In this document: positions 24,201 through 35,836 of the stretch, piece after piece
Numbering within the stretch: the first letter of the stretch is position 1
Layout of the letters: each line of letters begins with the position of its first letter
Origin: Malacoraja senta
Lineage: Eukaryota
Direction of reading: 5' to 3'
Length of the DNA stretch: 64,000 bases
Assembly (NCBI GenBank): GCA_038087875.1
Contig: CM075990.1
Coordinates: 5,706,001-5,770,000 of the forward strand
Made by a program: the position numbers and the translations under genes
Notes under the pieces: model-generated
Databases searched by the model: none
Told to the model about the DNA's origin: nothing
What the model saw: the letters and a program-made list of their open reading frames with translations, nothing else

Positions 24201-25822
24201 GTTTTTTAAGTTGTCGTGCTAGAAGTTTGTGGGGTTTGTCCCCGAATTCGAAGTGTTCTTGTTTTGTGATTTGAAATAATGTTATAACTTTCTCTGACAG
24301 TAATTTATTTAACTGAAATTTCAGTAGTAGTATTTTATTATGTTTATCCATAGTTGGGTCTTTAGCATTATCTATATCTAACTGTTTTATTTGATCTTCT
24401 AAGTGTCTTTGTTCATTCTTATTCTTTTTATTTTGATAAGCTTGAAATGAAATAATGACTCCTCTTATAAATGCTTTGAAGGATTCCCATAATAACGTGG
24501 GGGATATCTCTGGTGTATCATTTAACTCAAAAAATAGATCCATCTGTTTTTTTAGGTAGATACTCCCTTGAGGGTCTTTTAAAATTTGTGAGTTAAACCT
24601 CCAGAACGGTTTATTCATAGACATTCCTTCTAGTTTTAGAACAAAAGTTAACGGAGAATGATCTGAGATCGCATTAATATGATATTTAGGATTCAGAGAT
24701 TGCGAAATTAATTTTGTATCCACAAGAAAATAGTCTATCCGTGAATATGTTTTATGCACCATTGAATAAAACGAGTAATCCCTTCCCGTTGGGTTTGCAA
24801 TCCTCCATACATCTGTTATATTTGTGTTTTCCATATATGTGTGTAAGAGTTCACTGGTTTTAGATTTCGTCTGACCTTTTTGTTTTTGCATCGATTTATC
24901 TAAATAAGGATCTAAAACACAATTAAAATCTCCTCCGATTATAACATTTTGATAATTAGATTCTGCAATTATATTCAGAATTTTATTAAAAAATTGAGGG
25001 TTATCAAAGTTGGGCGCATATATGTTTACCAGCGTAATTGGCATATTATTGATCTCCCCTGCTACTATAAGATATCTCCCTTCCTTATCTAAAATAGTGT
25101 TCTTTGATTTAAATGGAATTCCTTTACGAATAATAATTGCAGTACCTCTAGATTTGGAGGTAAATGAAGAGTGAAATGTTTGGCCTATCCAGTTCGCCCT
25201 CAGTCTTGTCTGATCTTGCTGTTTAAGATGTGTTTCCTGTAGAAACGCAATGTCCGTGTTGTATGATTTCAACTGAGCTAGTATCTTGCCCCTTTTAATA
25301 GGTTCATTAATCCCCCTTATATTCCAACTACATAATGTGATTCCTCCTATTTTCTTTTGATTGTCGTCATGCATTTTTACCAGTTTTAATGACCTTAATT
25401 ATTGTGGTGCGTTCATACCTCCGGACTCTGGTTATTTTGGGAGTATTTCTATTATAGACTTCCTTGGTAGTTCTCCTGCGCGATTGTCCTTGAAGAAAAA
25501 ACACACAGATGTGACATATTGTGATTAAAAAAAATATATATAAATCAAATAAATTTACGGTGTCTAAAATTTCAACACCGTAGTGAGTGGCCCACTCGTC
25601 TGTGGGGTACGACATCCATAACGCTTCCGGCGTAGTTGGTATAAAGTTAGCCCCGCTGTATTTATTACCCAAAATCTATGGGGTCATTACCGTTTCCAAT
25701 TCAGTTCTATTTCACCCAGTTACAATTTATATATGTGTCAAATGTATTCGATTCCATATCCTACTCACTCTTTATCTCTTAACTATTTTAAAATGAATTT
25801 AGTATTGTTAAAGTGAGCGGTT
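21146..25822 (-). mobile_element. L1-clade LINE, 5'-truncated (no ORF1), with 60-nt poly(A) tail
   Basis: Poly-T at 21146-21205, 3' UTR at 21206-21582, intact ORF2, and ~450 nt of upstream spacer-like sequence. Confidence 0.95.
21583..25374 (-). CDS. L1 ORF2 protein (APE endonuclease, reverse transcriptase, C-terminal Cys/His region), 1263 aa, uninterrupted
   Basis: SWNIRG, LQETH, GGDFN, SRIDY and SDH (APE); PGPDGF, LDAEKAFD, GNRQGCSLSP and YADD (RT); CDKC..H...C at the C-terminus. Confidence 0.95.
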   Translation of the reverse strand: MHDDNQKKIGGITLCSWNIRGINEPIKRGKILAQLKSYNTDIAFLQETHLKQQDQTRLRANWIGQTFHSSFTSKSRGTAIIIRKGIPFKSKNTILDKEGRYLIVAGEINNMPITLVNIYAPNFDNPQFFNKILNIIAESNYQNVIIGGDFNCVLDPYLDKSMQKQKGQTKSKTSELLHTYMENTNITDVWRIANPTGRDYSFYSMVHKTYSRIDYFLVDTKLISQSLNPKYHINAISDHSPLTFVLKLEGMSMNKPFWRFNSQILKDPQGSIYLKKQMDLFFELNDTPEISPTLLWESFKAFIRGVIISFQAYQNKKNKNEQRHLEDQIKQLDIDNAKDPTMDKHNKILLLKFQLNKLLSEKVITLFQITKQEHFEFGDKPHKLLARQLKKREKENAILKIKSDRGEVLTLPKDINKRFAQFYQNLYTSKTSIDNNKISEFLDNCNLPQLERREQEELGAQITSKEIEDTIKTLKNGKTPGPDGFSNEFYKSFYDIVTPRLQKMYTYAYKEQNLPETLAESTIILILKKDKNIEEPGSYRAIALLNTDQKIIAKTLANRLSKYVSRLIHEDQTGFIPKRHSFNNLRRLLNIMHSHKSDDQELAIISLDAEKAFDQVEWDYMIKVLQKFQLGENFIAWIKLLYNKPTARILTNNILSSKFELSRGNRQGCSLSPLLFALVIEPLAEKIRTHSNIHGYNTKYSNNKLSLYADDVLLYITKPQISIPNILNLIEDFGSFSGYRINWNKSEIMSIKPKDSTHLRKFPFKIAMEKFKYLGIEITRNYHDMFKANYNPLLKKLNNLIKFWKTLPMSLIGRINAIKMIFLPQILYLFQSIPIYLPKKFFKKLDSDITNFIWDYKSHRIQRTHLNKRKELGGLALPNFMYYNWAVNIKNMIHLLDNSAQQVDWIIMEKGDCSPNNIGAIILSPINLNNKNYNKNPIIYSTIRTWKQIKQNLKLRNLSLLIPIVNNPSFKPSIIDKAFIQWERMGIKTLEDLYELEKLLSFQQLQLKYNLKNNQYFKYLQICDYLKTHTKDYYNMPSDLLDEAMKTKAETVNLISYLYNIILNIEIPTTDGIRRDWEQDLGIKISKESWDNHLLQVHKCSINVRHTLIQFKTLHRLYYSKTKLNKIFPNVSPICDKCICQEATIAHSFVFCTKIQKFWFEIFDIFSKLIKIKLVPKPEWIIFGISEGIPELNVYQKNLLNYGLIMGKKLILKFWKNAPTPTIKMWTSNMLETLHLEEMRFLLVGKVDQFQKTWSTFLDLLQA

Positions 25823-26220
25823 TACTGATATCCATTACCTCAAATTTAATTCAAGGCAAAAATGGTGTTAAATTGCAAAAACAATTATCATGGGAAGCAA
25901 GAATACTTTCAGTATATTAATTATAGGTCTCAGGTGATACTGACTCCAATGAACCTTTTAAGGGAACAGTACATTCATTAGCAAATTCAGTCCAATATAT
26001 CAAGCATGTTAACATTACTTCAATAACCAGTAAAGTAACTGTGTAAGATATGCTCAGAAATTTCAATCCTGACTTTAGACAACATGTTACAAAATGAAAC
26101 AAAGTGCAAAAGGATTATGAAGGAGTTCCTGGCATGCAGGGTGTTTTAACTGCTCCAATCCCATTATCTGCACAGCATATGATGAGCACACATCAAAGTA
26201 CTGTGGGAAACATCCATTTT
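25823..26220. repeat. 398-bp direct repeat, copy 2
   Basis: Identical by eye to 20752-21149; abuts the L1 5' truncation point. Confidence 0.95.
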
Positions 26221-26316
26221 CTGCATCTCCAGTAGCCCTGATAATTTGTATTGGCTTGTTTGATCTACCGAATGGCATATAAAAGCGACATCTGCCAAGT
26301 TCAGTCACAATCATTA

Positions 26317-26922
26317 CTAATGAATGTACTAAATTTACTTAAAGGGTTCATTGGAATCAGTATCATCTGAGACCTATAATTAATATAATGAAACTATTCT
26401 TGCTTCCCTCTGTTTTTCTTTTGTAATTTTGCGCCATTTTTTTTACAATTAATTACATTTGAAGTAATGGATCCCAGTATTAACAGTTTTTAAACTAAGC
26501 ATTTGGTCACTCTGGTTGTAGAATAAAATTAATATCATAATTATCTTAATTGGGAACATCAATACCATTTGGCTTTTTGGACACTAGTGTCAGGTGGCCT
26601 GTTTTACATTATAGCAATTTAACTCTTTCACATATTAGATAGGTATTTTTCTCTTCTACAATTATCTGGTGGTAACAGAAAGTTAAAGGTAATGCTGCTG
26701 CAATATGTGTGGAGAGATTTTAAGAGTAGCATTCTCAAGCATCTTGTCCATCTTTCTGAAATGGTCAAGGTTATCCTTTTGTAGTTATCCCTTTGTAGTA
26801 TCTAGACCAAAAGGCATTTGATAAGTCACAGAGCTGTCTTGTTAAGAGTTGTGTTTAAACTAGAATTTGCAATAGTCATTTTCTGCCAGTTTACTATTTG
26901 AATTTGGCAACAATTGGTAAAC
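26317..26922. repeat. Right arm of the long, old inverted repeat
   Basis: Reverse complement of 20323-20910, with scattered substitutions and indels. Confidence 0.9.
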
Positions 26923-27790
26923 AGTTAGAGGCACTGTCTTAGTTATTTTCGGTAAGAAAATGTGACTACTGGTTACATTTTTCTATGACAGCTGGTGGTA
27001 ATTTATAAACAAGCAAGGCATTGAAAATCAGTTTTGAAATAATAATATTATATATTTGATCCAAACTAATGGTACAAAAAAAGTATCTTGTTGCCAGAAA
27101 AACAAATCTGGCCTGTATGGAGCTTTTCTTAGCTGGTATGATCTCTGAATACAAAACATACACAAATTGGCTTCCTCCATCAGAGATCCAATAGAAAAAT
27201 GAGTACATAACTGTGTTGAAGGATATTTTGAGGTTGTTGTTGCATAACATAATGCATTAGATTTAGATCTACTTTACATATCACTATTGGATAATTGCCG
27301 TGAAAGTGCTTCATACTGACGCTCGTGCTAAAAGTAGTAAAAATGTAGTCTTTAGCATTAGTATGCTTTATCCCAATCATCAAAATAATTATCACAATCT
27401 ATGTTCCACAGTAACAATTGAATAAAGCCAGAGGAATTCTCTTGGCAACTTGACGAATATTTACCCCACATCAATGATAAAAACAAAATTGCTGTTGGCA
27501 AATTAGCAACAATGTCTCATATAGTCCCTTTCATATTTCAAACCATTTTCTGAATTGTAATGTGGGTAATGACAACAAATTTGTACACAGCAAGTTCTCA
27601 TAATCAATGTTTTCCAAGGGATAATGATGTTGACTGAGAGATAAATATTGATTTGGACATCAGGGATAACTCATACTCTTTAAAATAATGCCATGGATTT
27701 TCAATATTCACCTTATATGCACAATGACATATCTGAGTTTTCAGAGACATATTTATTACACTGGACCTGAAGCTTAGATTTTCATGCCTA

Positions 27791-28065
27791 ATGTGCCTGT
27801 CCCATCTAGGCTATTTTTTTAGGCGACTAGGCTGTCGCCACATGGTTGCCAGGGCGTTGCCTGTATGGTCGTGAGTAGTCTCCTCAGTCGCCAAAAGAAT
27901 CATAGCATCTTTCTGATCGCCGCTGGATTTTCAACATGTTGAAACATTTTCGAGGACAGTCGGCAACAGTAGGTTTGACGCCAATGAGTGTAGCTTAACT
28001 TTTCCTGACTTAAGTGCTGTCATAGGTTGTTGCCAGGTGACATAGGTTGTCGCCGGTGCTAACTT
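27791..28065. mobile_element. Degenerate Harbinger-like MITE fragment (one end visible)
   Basis: Begins TAA-TGTGCCTGTCCCA, like the TIRs at 5930 and 17393; internal GTCG/TAGG repeats resemble 17393-17610. Confidence 0.5.
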
Positions 28066-30569
28066 TGTTTTATTTTGTTGTTAAAGTGATGATTGTCCCA
28101 AACGTAAATTTAACGATTGAAGCTTTCGATTAAATGTGGTAACCTACTTCATATGATAAAGATTTTGAACATGATCAGGACAAAGTGTGCAGCAGAGTCA
28201 TTAATTTGCTGCTGGAACCAAGACTGAAACATCTGCACCCCCATTCAGTCAGATGTGTTCAGTGCATTCATCCCACTTGCTGTTACCTAATATCCAGTCC
28301 ATCGGAGAAGTCGGACTTTATCCAATTGATTTACTTAACATAATATCAAGAAATAGCTGAGAGCTCAGCATACAGCAAAGGCTAAGGGACCACACACCAT
28401 CTTGGCAATGGAAGGCTTGTGATCTATCACCAAAGACGTGATCTATCACCAGTCAGGCCTTTATCCAAGTTGCTCCAGTACTGTTACAATACTGACATTT
28501 ACCCAACTATATTGAAAACTGTCTAAGTACTTCCTGTTCATTACAAATCCAATCCAGCTCATTACCACCCAATCTACTCGGTCACAATCAAAATTAAGGA
28601 AGATATTTTCATAGTGCCATCAACTGGCGCAATCTCTCCAATAACATATCAATAGCAGTTTATGTCTTACCAGTACCTCTCTTCTCAAGACTTCATTACA
28701 GTTTGCTCCAAAGATGAATAAAAAAGCTAAATTACAGCGCTGATGTGAAAATGACTACCCATGATATCAATGCAGCAAGTATGGTGCCAAGAAACCCTGG
28801 TGAAACCTGTTAATGGATCTAGGATAATATACTCCAAAGGAGTACACCCTTTTAGAGTATTGTATCATCAAACACCATTGCTTGCCTGTTCCCCTTCAGG
28901 TGATGCCTGTTCATCATCCGATTTGGAAATATATTGCACTTCCTTCACTGTCATAGGGTCTGGATTCCGCATGAAATATTTGGGGAATCCTTCATCAAAA
29001 GACTCCAGTATTCCCTAAAGGTGGTTCATCTCAACCTGCGTAGAAATAAGCAATGAATACTGGCCTCTAATTCCAATATCTGCTTATTTCACTCTTTTTC
29101 AATTTATTCTTAAATATTAACACTGTCTACTTCAATCGCTAAACCTGACAGAATTTCAGAACCTGGTGCAAGATTTCTCTCTCTCTACTTCTAAATCTCT
29201 TGCGTCTATTTGATTCCCTCTCCAATGGACACCCATCTAGATTTCTCAACCGTTTAAAACAGTATGCATTTGTCTACTTTGTCTCAATTAATTTTATTAT
29301 GTCAGCTGCAATCTTTGTTTTTAAAAAGAATAAATCTACTTTTTATTTATTATATTTTTTTAAACCAGGCAGTAATGAATGTGTGTCAGACCCTTAATCA
29401 ATTACCTCAATCCTTTCAGAAGTATAGACTCACTGGAATCTCAAGTTATATAGGCTCATTATTAATTTGTCACATTAAATCCTATGATAAAATTGGGAAT
29501 TCCATTTGCCTTTAAGTCTTCAATGTTCTGTTAATCCCAACATATAATTCCACTGTCCTTCAACATGGAACCTTATGCTGCTTAACACTTTTGTCAATGA
29601 CTAGTATTTATATCAGTATTTAGGCACACACACATTCTACCACCACCATGATTAAGAATTATACACCAGGAGTGCATAATTCTGCCCATTACTGAATTTC
29701 CATTTAAACAAAAACTGCTGGAAAAACAAGAGTACCTTTATGAACCCATCGTGCATGTCCCATGTGATTTTCCATCATTGATGGCAAGTTACATTAATTT
29801 TGAAAGTCAGAATTTTTTTATGGCACTTAGTTGGATTCTACACAGACAGTTGTTGCAGGCAAAGGACAATGCTAGGAATGCAAATTATGGAAAATTATTA
29901 TGGCAGTGGACCTGAACTGATTGGTATTGGGCTTTAAGCCAATGCTGGTGCTTCTTACTGAGATTCAGTAACTAGTTCAGTAAGGTTGGCTGATGTGCAA
30001 AAGATGTCAGATTGTTTAACTTGTCTGCCTCATGACAATATTCCAAAGATAAAGTATGAGCAGAAAAGCAGAGATAATACATGAATTAACTATTTTTGAA
30101 TTTATATATCAATATATAAATTTTATTTTTTTATCACAATAAAAAATCTGCAACATAGATTTTGTTCTGAGAGCTGGAATAAGTTATAGTGTCCATAATT
30201 CTAGGCACGAGCTTACCTTGCAAGTATGTACAGAAATAGAAACAGTTTCCAATGGATGATAGGAGGCAATCCAATCACTATATTTCTGCTCATTCAGTGC
30301 CTGGAGTCTGAATAATGCTGACAGATGGATATTATCAGGTTACCTGAAACCCTATCCCCATGACTCTCAATCCTCAACGCTAGATATGGTGCCTGAAACT
30401 AAAATATAAAATTGTTCAGTGACATTCCAATAAGCTTGGCAAAAATGACCTGGTGACCACATTGCTATAATTGGCTTGGTCTGAAGTGACAATGATACTC
30501 TTTAAATAGATCTGCCTAGAAATCCATCTGCATTGTTTTTCCAGTGTTAACAGTATTAGCAGTTCTAAA

Positions 30570-30808
30570 AAGATACAGTGCGGAAACAGGCCCTTCGGCC
30601 CACCAAGCACGTCTATCAGCGATCCCTGCACAAGCCAATTAACCTCCAAACCTGTACGGCTTTGGAGTGTGGGAGGAAACTGGAGATCCCGCCGATAACT
30701 CACACAGGTGACAGGGAGAACGTACAAACTCTGTACACATAGCACCTGTAGACAGGATCAAACCCAGGTCTCTGGCACTGTATGTAGCAACTCTACCACT
30801 GGGCCACC
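30570..30808 (-). mobile_element. tRNA-derived SINE (HE1-like) with CR1-type tail
   Basis: Minus strand begins GGTGGCCCAGTGGTAGAG (A box) then GGGTTTGATCC (B-box-like). It has a central CCTCCCACACTCCAAAG domain and a GGGCCGAAGGGCCTGTTTC tail. Confidence 0.8.
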
Positions 30809-33329
30809 TTTAATGGTATTGTAAAATACCTCTTGAATGTTTTTTTAACTCAAAACAAAATTAGATTAGCGCCAGTTCCAAAAACAATGCTATGTGCCCC
30901 ATCGTGTAACAATACTACTTAGAAACAGAGAGTGTTTGAGTTAAAGTTTCCCACACTAGTAACACTTTCCTTCAAATCTCTGATTTCCAGAAGTCACCCA
31001 TAGAATCACACCAATAGACAAAGATTTTTAACTTTTGTTGTTCAGTTTTATTTAATTCTCTAATGCAGCAGAGAGCAAATGTGGCATCCCTCAAGAGAGA
31101 CTTTCGGCAAGAATCCTGGCAACATTACTAAGAATGTGAATTTGACTTCGACACCAAATAAAAACAGAAAATGCTGGATACGCTCAACAAGTCAGGCCAC
31201 ATTTGACTGAAGAGAAATAACATTTTGAGCTCTAGAATCCCACATTGGAAAATAAACACTATGAAACAGAACACTTAAAACATTAACTCAGTTTATTTTC
31301 CCACATATGCAACTAATCTGATGAGTATTTCCAGCATTTAGTGTTTTTATTTTAGGTTTCCACCAAATGCAAGTTTTTCCCCAAATGCAGACACCCATCC
31401 GACTAGATATTTGTGGTTCTCAATGGCCTCTGTCCTTTATACTTTCTTGATAATGGATTCCAATGGAGAGTTCACTGTAACTTTGTTGACCCACTTGCCT
31501 GTGGGTAGGATCTGAATGTTTCTGTGAACAGGCAAACTGGGTTCTAAAAGTATGGGGGTGGGGGGGGGGGGATAACAATTTCCTGAGGTGAGGATGTTCC
31601 AATTATGCAATTCTTTTCAATGATTCCTAATTTGGCATGACGGTAAAATGCATCACTCATATTGTGCACCATAAATCGATCACATCCAATTTATAGGTTA
31701 AATTTTACTTTGGTCCTCCTTTGCTTCTTTCTAAAGTTTACCCAATCATCTGACCTCATGGTAATCTTTGCAAGATTGTGTGCCTTTTCATTCAATTTGA
31801 TGCCATTTCTTAGATTGCCAAATATTTGTTTTTAACAGAACATATTCTTGTAAAATAATCACTATATATGTCCTTAAACATAAGGTGTTGCTTAACTGCT
31901 GCCTTTCTGATATATTTGTTGCAATCTACTCTAGCCAGCTTTTTCTTCATTGCTAATACAGATGCATGGTTCTTATTTTGAAATTGAATTTAAAATCCAT
32001 TGGAGTAGGCCCTCTGATAACTGGATAAGCTCATAGTTGGGAGTGCACAATTTCTTTCAGCTATCCCCAGAGTCTAAGGAAATATGGCCACCAGCTGTTC
32101 AGAAGATCTGCACCTTGCAAGCTTTTCTGCGCAAGAGAATGGCTCACCCCTGAATGGCCTTGATAGCAGGTGAAACCCTGTCACTGGAGTCACTAATATA
32201 AATGGCCAGAAGAGGCCAGGCAGCTTCTGGGAATGATTTACATGGGAGAACAATTAAAAAAAAACTCTCTTGCACTCTAACTGTTAAATGAACCATTATA
32301 ATATTCATACAATTACTATTTCCATCTATTATTCTGAACAAAATGTTCTTTGTTCATCTTTAAACAATCAAATGCAGTTTCTGCCCTGTGCAATTTCTAT
32401 TTTTGAGCACAAAATTACTTCTAAAATTTACATTTCACTAAAACACTGAGAGAACAGCTGATCCTAAGCATTTGCCAGTAGCTCGGAGATTCCAGAGCCA
32501 AGGACAGCAGCCAGATTACAGTGTAGGGGAACATTAAGACCATTTCCTCCTGCTGCTCCAGCTTAGCCTTCTTGGCAAGTAACTCTTGAGCTCATACCAA
32601 TCTTTTCTTACATCTTGTCCAGGAGGCAATGGTGCAAGGATTATTGTCTTCCTTGCTACTGGCCAGATGGCATGTATTTGTCTGCCACCATTCACCAGTA
32701 CAATTATACAAGGTTGGAGTTGCTCGTGAAATGCTGTCAGGATTGCTGCTGGGGTCTCAGTTGGTCACAATCTATATTCATGACTTGGATAAGGAGACCA
32801 AGAGTGATATATCTAAAGATAGACACAAGATGCTGGAGTAACTCAGTGCGTCACGCAGCATCTCTGGAGAAAAGGAATAGGTGACATTTTGGGTCGATAC
32901 CCTTCTTCAGACATCCTTTTCTCCAAGGATGCTGCCTGACCTGCTGAATTACTCCAGCTTCTGTGCCTATTGCTGGTTTAAACCAGCATCTCAGTTCCTA
33001 CTCATTTTCAATCTCTCTCCGTTTAGAAAATGGTTAAGCAATGTTTTGAGATGGTACCCTTCAGGCAGGGGGGGGGGGATTTAACATTTTATTAATTTTT
33101 AATATTTTTTAACAGGCAGGGTGAATCCATATGCTGCTACCATAAGCAGTGAAAGTATTAATAAGCTTGGAAAACATGATTTACATTGAAACATTCATAT
33201 TATATTCCTTGTTTTCTATGTACCTTTTTGCATTGCTGTGATAATAAAAAAAAATTTTTTTGATAGTCTCAAAGGTTCAATTACTTTAATGCCTCTCTGG
33301 TTGATTAAGGAGGGTAAAAAAAAAAGAAT

Positions 33330-34195
33330 GAGGTACTTTGATAGATAATGTAAAGAGGAATTCCAAGAGCTTCTACAAGTATATTAAAAGCAATTGGGTA
33401 ATTATCAACCCGAACAAGTGTGTGATTTGCATTTTACGAAGCTAAAGCAGGGCAGGATGTATTTGGATGACTGAGTACCCAAAGTACTGTATGGTTCTGG
33501 TCACCCTGCTATAGGAATGACATTATTAAAGTGATAATGGTGCAAAAATACAGTAACGGCAGAACCCTGGAGAATGCTGTAGAGACCCGTCGGGGTACAG
33601 ATACATGGATCCCTGAAAATGGCAACGAAGATAGAGAGACCGCCTTTATTGGTTAGGGCATTGAGTACAAGAGTTGAGACATCATGTTACAACTGCACAT
33701 GTGGTTGGCAAGACCACACGTGGAGTATGGTGTGCCGTTCTGGTCACTTTGTTTTGGAAAGATGTCATTAAGCAAGAAATTGTGCAGAGAAGAAGCACAA
33801 TGATGATACCACGACTGGATGATTTGAGCTATAAAGAGACTAGATCGGCAGGGAGGTTTGAGGGTTAACTTGTTGTGGTATACAAAATCATGAGGGGCTG
33901 GATAAGATGAATGGTCATGGTTATTTTTCCAATTTTATGGAGACTGCATAAAGGGAGAGTGCATAGATTTATGGTGAGGGGGGCAACTTTTTCCCAGAGG
34001 GTGGTGGGTAGATGGACAAACTGTCACAGGAAGTGGTAGAGGCAGGGACAGTTAATGTTTTTAAGATAATTGGACAGATACATGGATAGAAAATAGTTTA
34101 GAGGTACATGGTCAAATGCAGGCAAATAAGGTAGGCAACTTGGTCAGTATGGGCAAGTTGGGCCAGTTGTCATGCTGTACATCTCTATGACTCTA
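33330..34195 (+). mobile_element. Old degenerate CR1 fragments
   Basis: Eroded RPHxEYxVxFWS and 3' tail (..CTCTATGACTCTA) motifs; frames broken. Confidence 0.65.
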
Positions 34196-34924
34196 AGTTT
34201 CATTAAAAAATGAATGCCATATAAGTATTGCTTCAGCTAACGGGTCATCTAATCGGTGAGATTTAAGGCTTCAGAATTAGCTTCAGCCTCCACTATCAGT
34301 TTCAAAGTAACTGCGCAGAAACAAGGATTTATTTTAAATAACTAATTTCCAATTACTTTATATTGTCAGACCAATTGAATTTATCTTTTGTCTTGTCCTC
34401 CCCTCCCCCTCTATCCCGTAGAATGGTTACACAATTTACGCAACTTTTCTATCTCCGAGCTTAACAATTTGCAACTCTTTATCCTATTTAGTCTTTTCAT
34501 CTCTGGTCTTTGTCCAACAATCGGCCTATCAAAAAATAAACCTTTCACCTGCATTCACCTATGACTGGCCATGTTGTCCTGCCCCTCTTTACCAGCTTTT
34601 TTTCTCTCACCCTGCTGCAATCAGTCAGAAGTAGGGTCCTGACCAGAAAAGTCACTTATCCACGTTTCCCAGAGATGCTGCCTGATCCGCCGGGTTACTC
34701 CAGCATTTTGTGTCTATGTTTGGCTCGTTTGTGGGCTATCATTTTATGTATACCTGCTGCTCAATGTTTTATTTCCCTCCAGCAGAACACTTTTAATTCT
34801 AACAAGTGGTTGTTCCATTTAAACCATAGTATTACTGTACAACAAATTAAAAGTTGCAGTGGTCCTGAACTTAGAATCCTAGAATATTGATGTTAAATCA
34901 TTATCTTCATATCTATTTTTCTAG

Positions 34925-35074
34925 GTTGCCGCGAAAGCAGGTGTTTATGAGATTCTGAATCGCTTGGGATTCCTTGAATTGGACGAGCCTGAAAACATGC
35001 CACTTTCAAGACTATGCTACCGTTGGTTGCAACAATGCACAAATACACTTCCATTCCGAGGAGAGTTTATTTAG
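34925..35074 (+). CDS. PALD1: Paladin (PALD1), last coding exon
   Basis: Acceptor ..ctatttttctag| followed by VAAKAGVYEILNRLGFLELDEPENMPLSRLCYRWLQQCTNTLPFRGEFI*, matching my recollection of the vertebrate paladin C-terminus (..KAGIYEILNELGFPELE..PFSRLRYRWQ..). Synteny with ADAMTS14 supports it. Upstream exons were not found in the window. Confidence 0.9.
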   Translation, partial: VAAKAGVYEILNRLGFLELDEPENMPLSRLCYRWLQQCTNTLPFRGEFI

Positions 35075-35667
35075 TTTGCGGACCAATAATTTACCAGTTG
35101 TACACATTTACTTTCCCAAGGCTTTAGAAGTGCTTGATTTATCCTAACCAAATAATGCTGAATAAGGTGGCAAATGGGCTGTGGAGGTAAGCAGTAAGTG
35201 TGATTAATTTTGAGACTTTTGTAACAAAGAGCCAACACAGAGTCATGTTTTATGTTAAAAGATCAAGTTGTCATCAAGAAATTTATAACACGAAACTGAG
35301 AGCCTTCAACCAAAACAAAAACAGGGCTTGAGTCACTCTCGTTAAGACCTACTGTTACTTCATTCTTGGCAATGGTCAATTTATTCATTCTCTAACCACA
35401 ATAAGGTAATTTTGTCAGGCTTTCATAGGTGAATATTACTACAAACTGGTATCCTAATTAGAGGTAGCATTAAAATATTCAACCACATGGCAAATATGGA
35501 ATATAATTAAAAAATGCCACTGAAAACAGCATATTCTGAAAGTCGAATCCATCATTCCATTGTTTCAATTTTTATCACGGATCCACCCATGCATCCTTTA
35601 TTTTACAGGATTGCAATGCACACATATTGTAAACCAAGCTAACTTTCTGATACATATCACGTATATT

Positions 35668-35836
35668 GTAGGAAAGAACTGTAGATGCTGGTTTTAAATC
35701 GAAGGTAGACACAAAATGGTGGAGTAACTCTGTGGGACGGGCAGCATCTCTGGAGAGAAGGAATGGGTGACGTTTCGGGTCGAGACCCTTCATCAGACTT
35801 CAGCCTGAGTTACTCCAGCATTTTGTGTCTACCTTC
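35668..35836. mobile_element. Penelope-derived short repeat with partial inverted arm, downstream of the PALD1 stop
   Basis: Family motif; minus strand reads CTGATGAAGGGTCTCGACCCGAAACGTC. Confidence 0.8.
35769..35796 (-). ncRNA. Minimal hammerhead ribozyme-like core
   Basis: CUGAUGA-A-GGGUC-UC-GACCC-GAAA-CG-UC: canonical core boxes, stem II, vestigial stem III and a GUC triplet. Stem I is short. Confidence 0.6.

Noticed and set aside
25367..25672. 101-aa ORF upstream of L1 ORF2 as ORF1
   Set aside because: Too short, with no coiled-coil or RRM features; more likely a chance spacer ORF.
1..34924. Upstream PALD1 exons
   Set aside because: I looked for the expected penultimate-exon peptide (..LQYLERY..FNAYLH..) and did not find it by eye; it is probably outside the window or in the gap.
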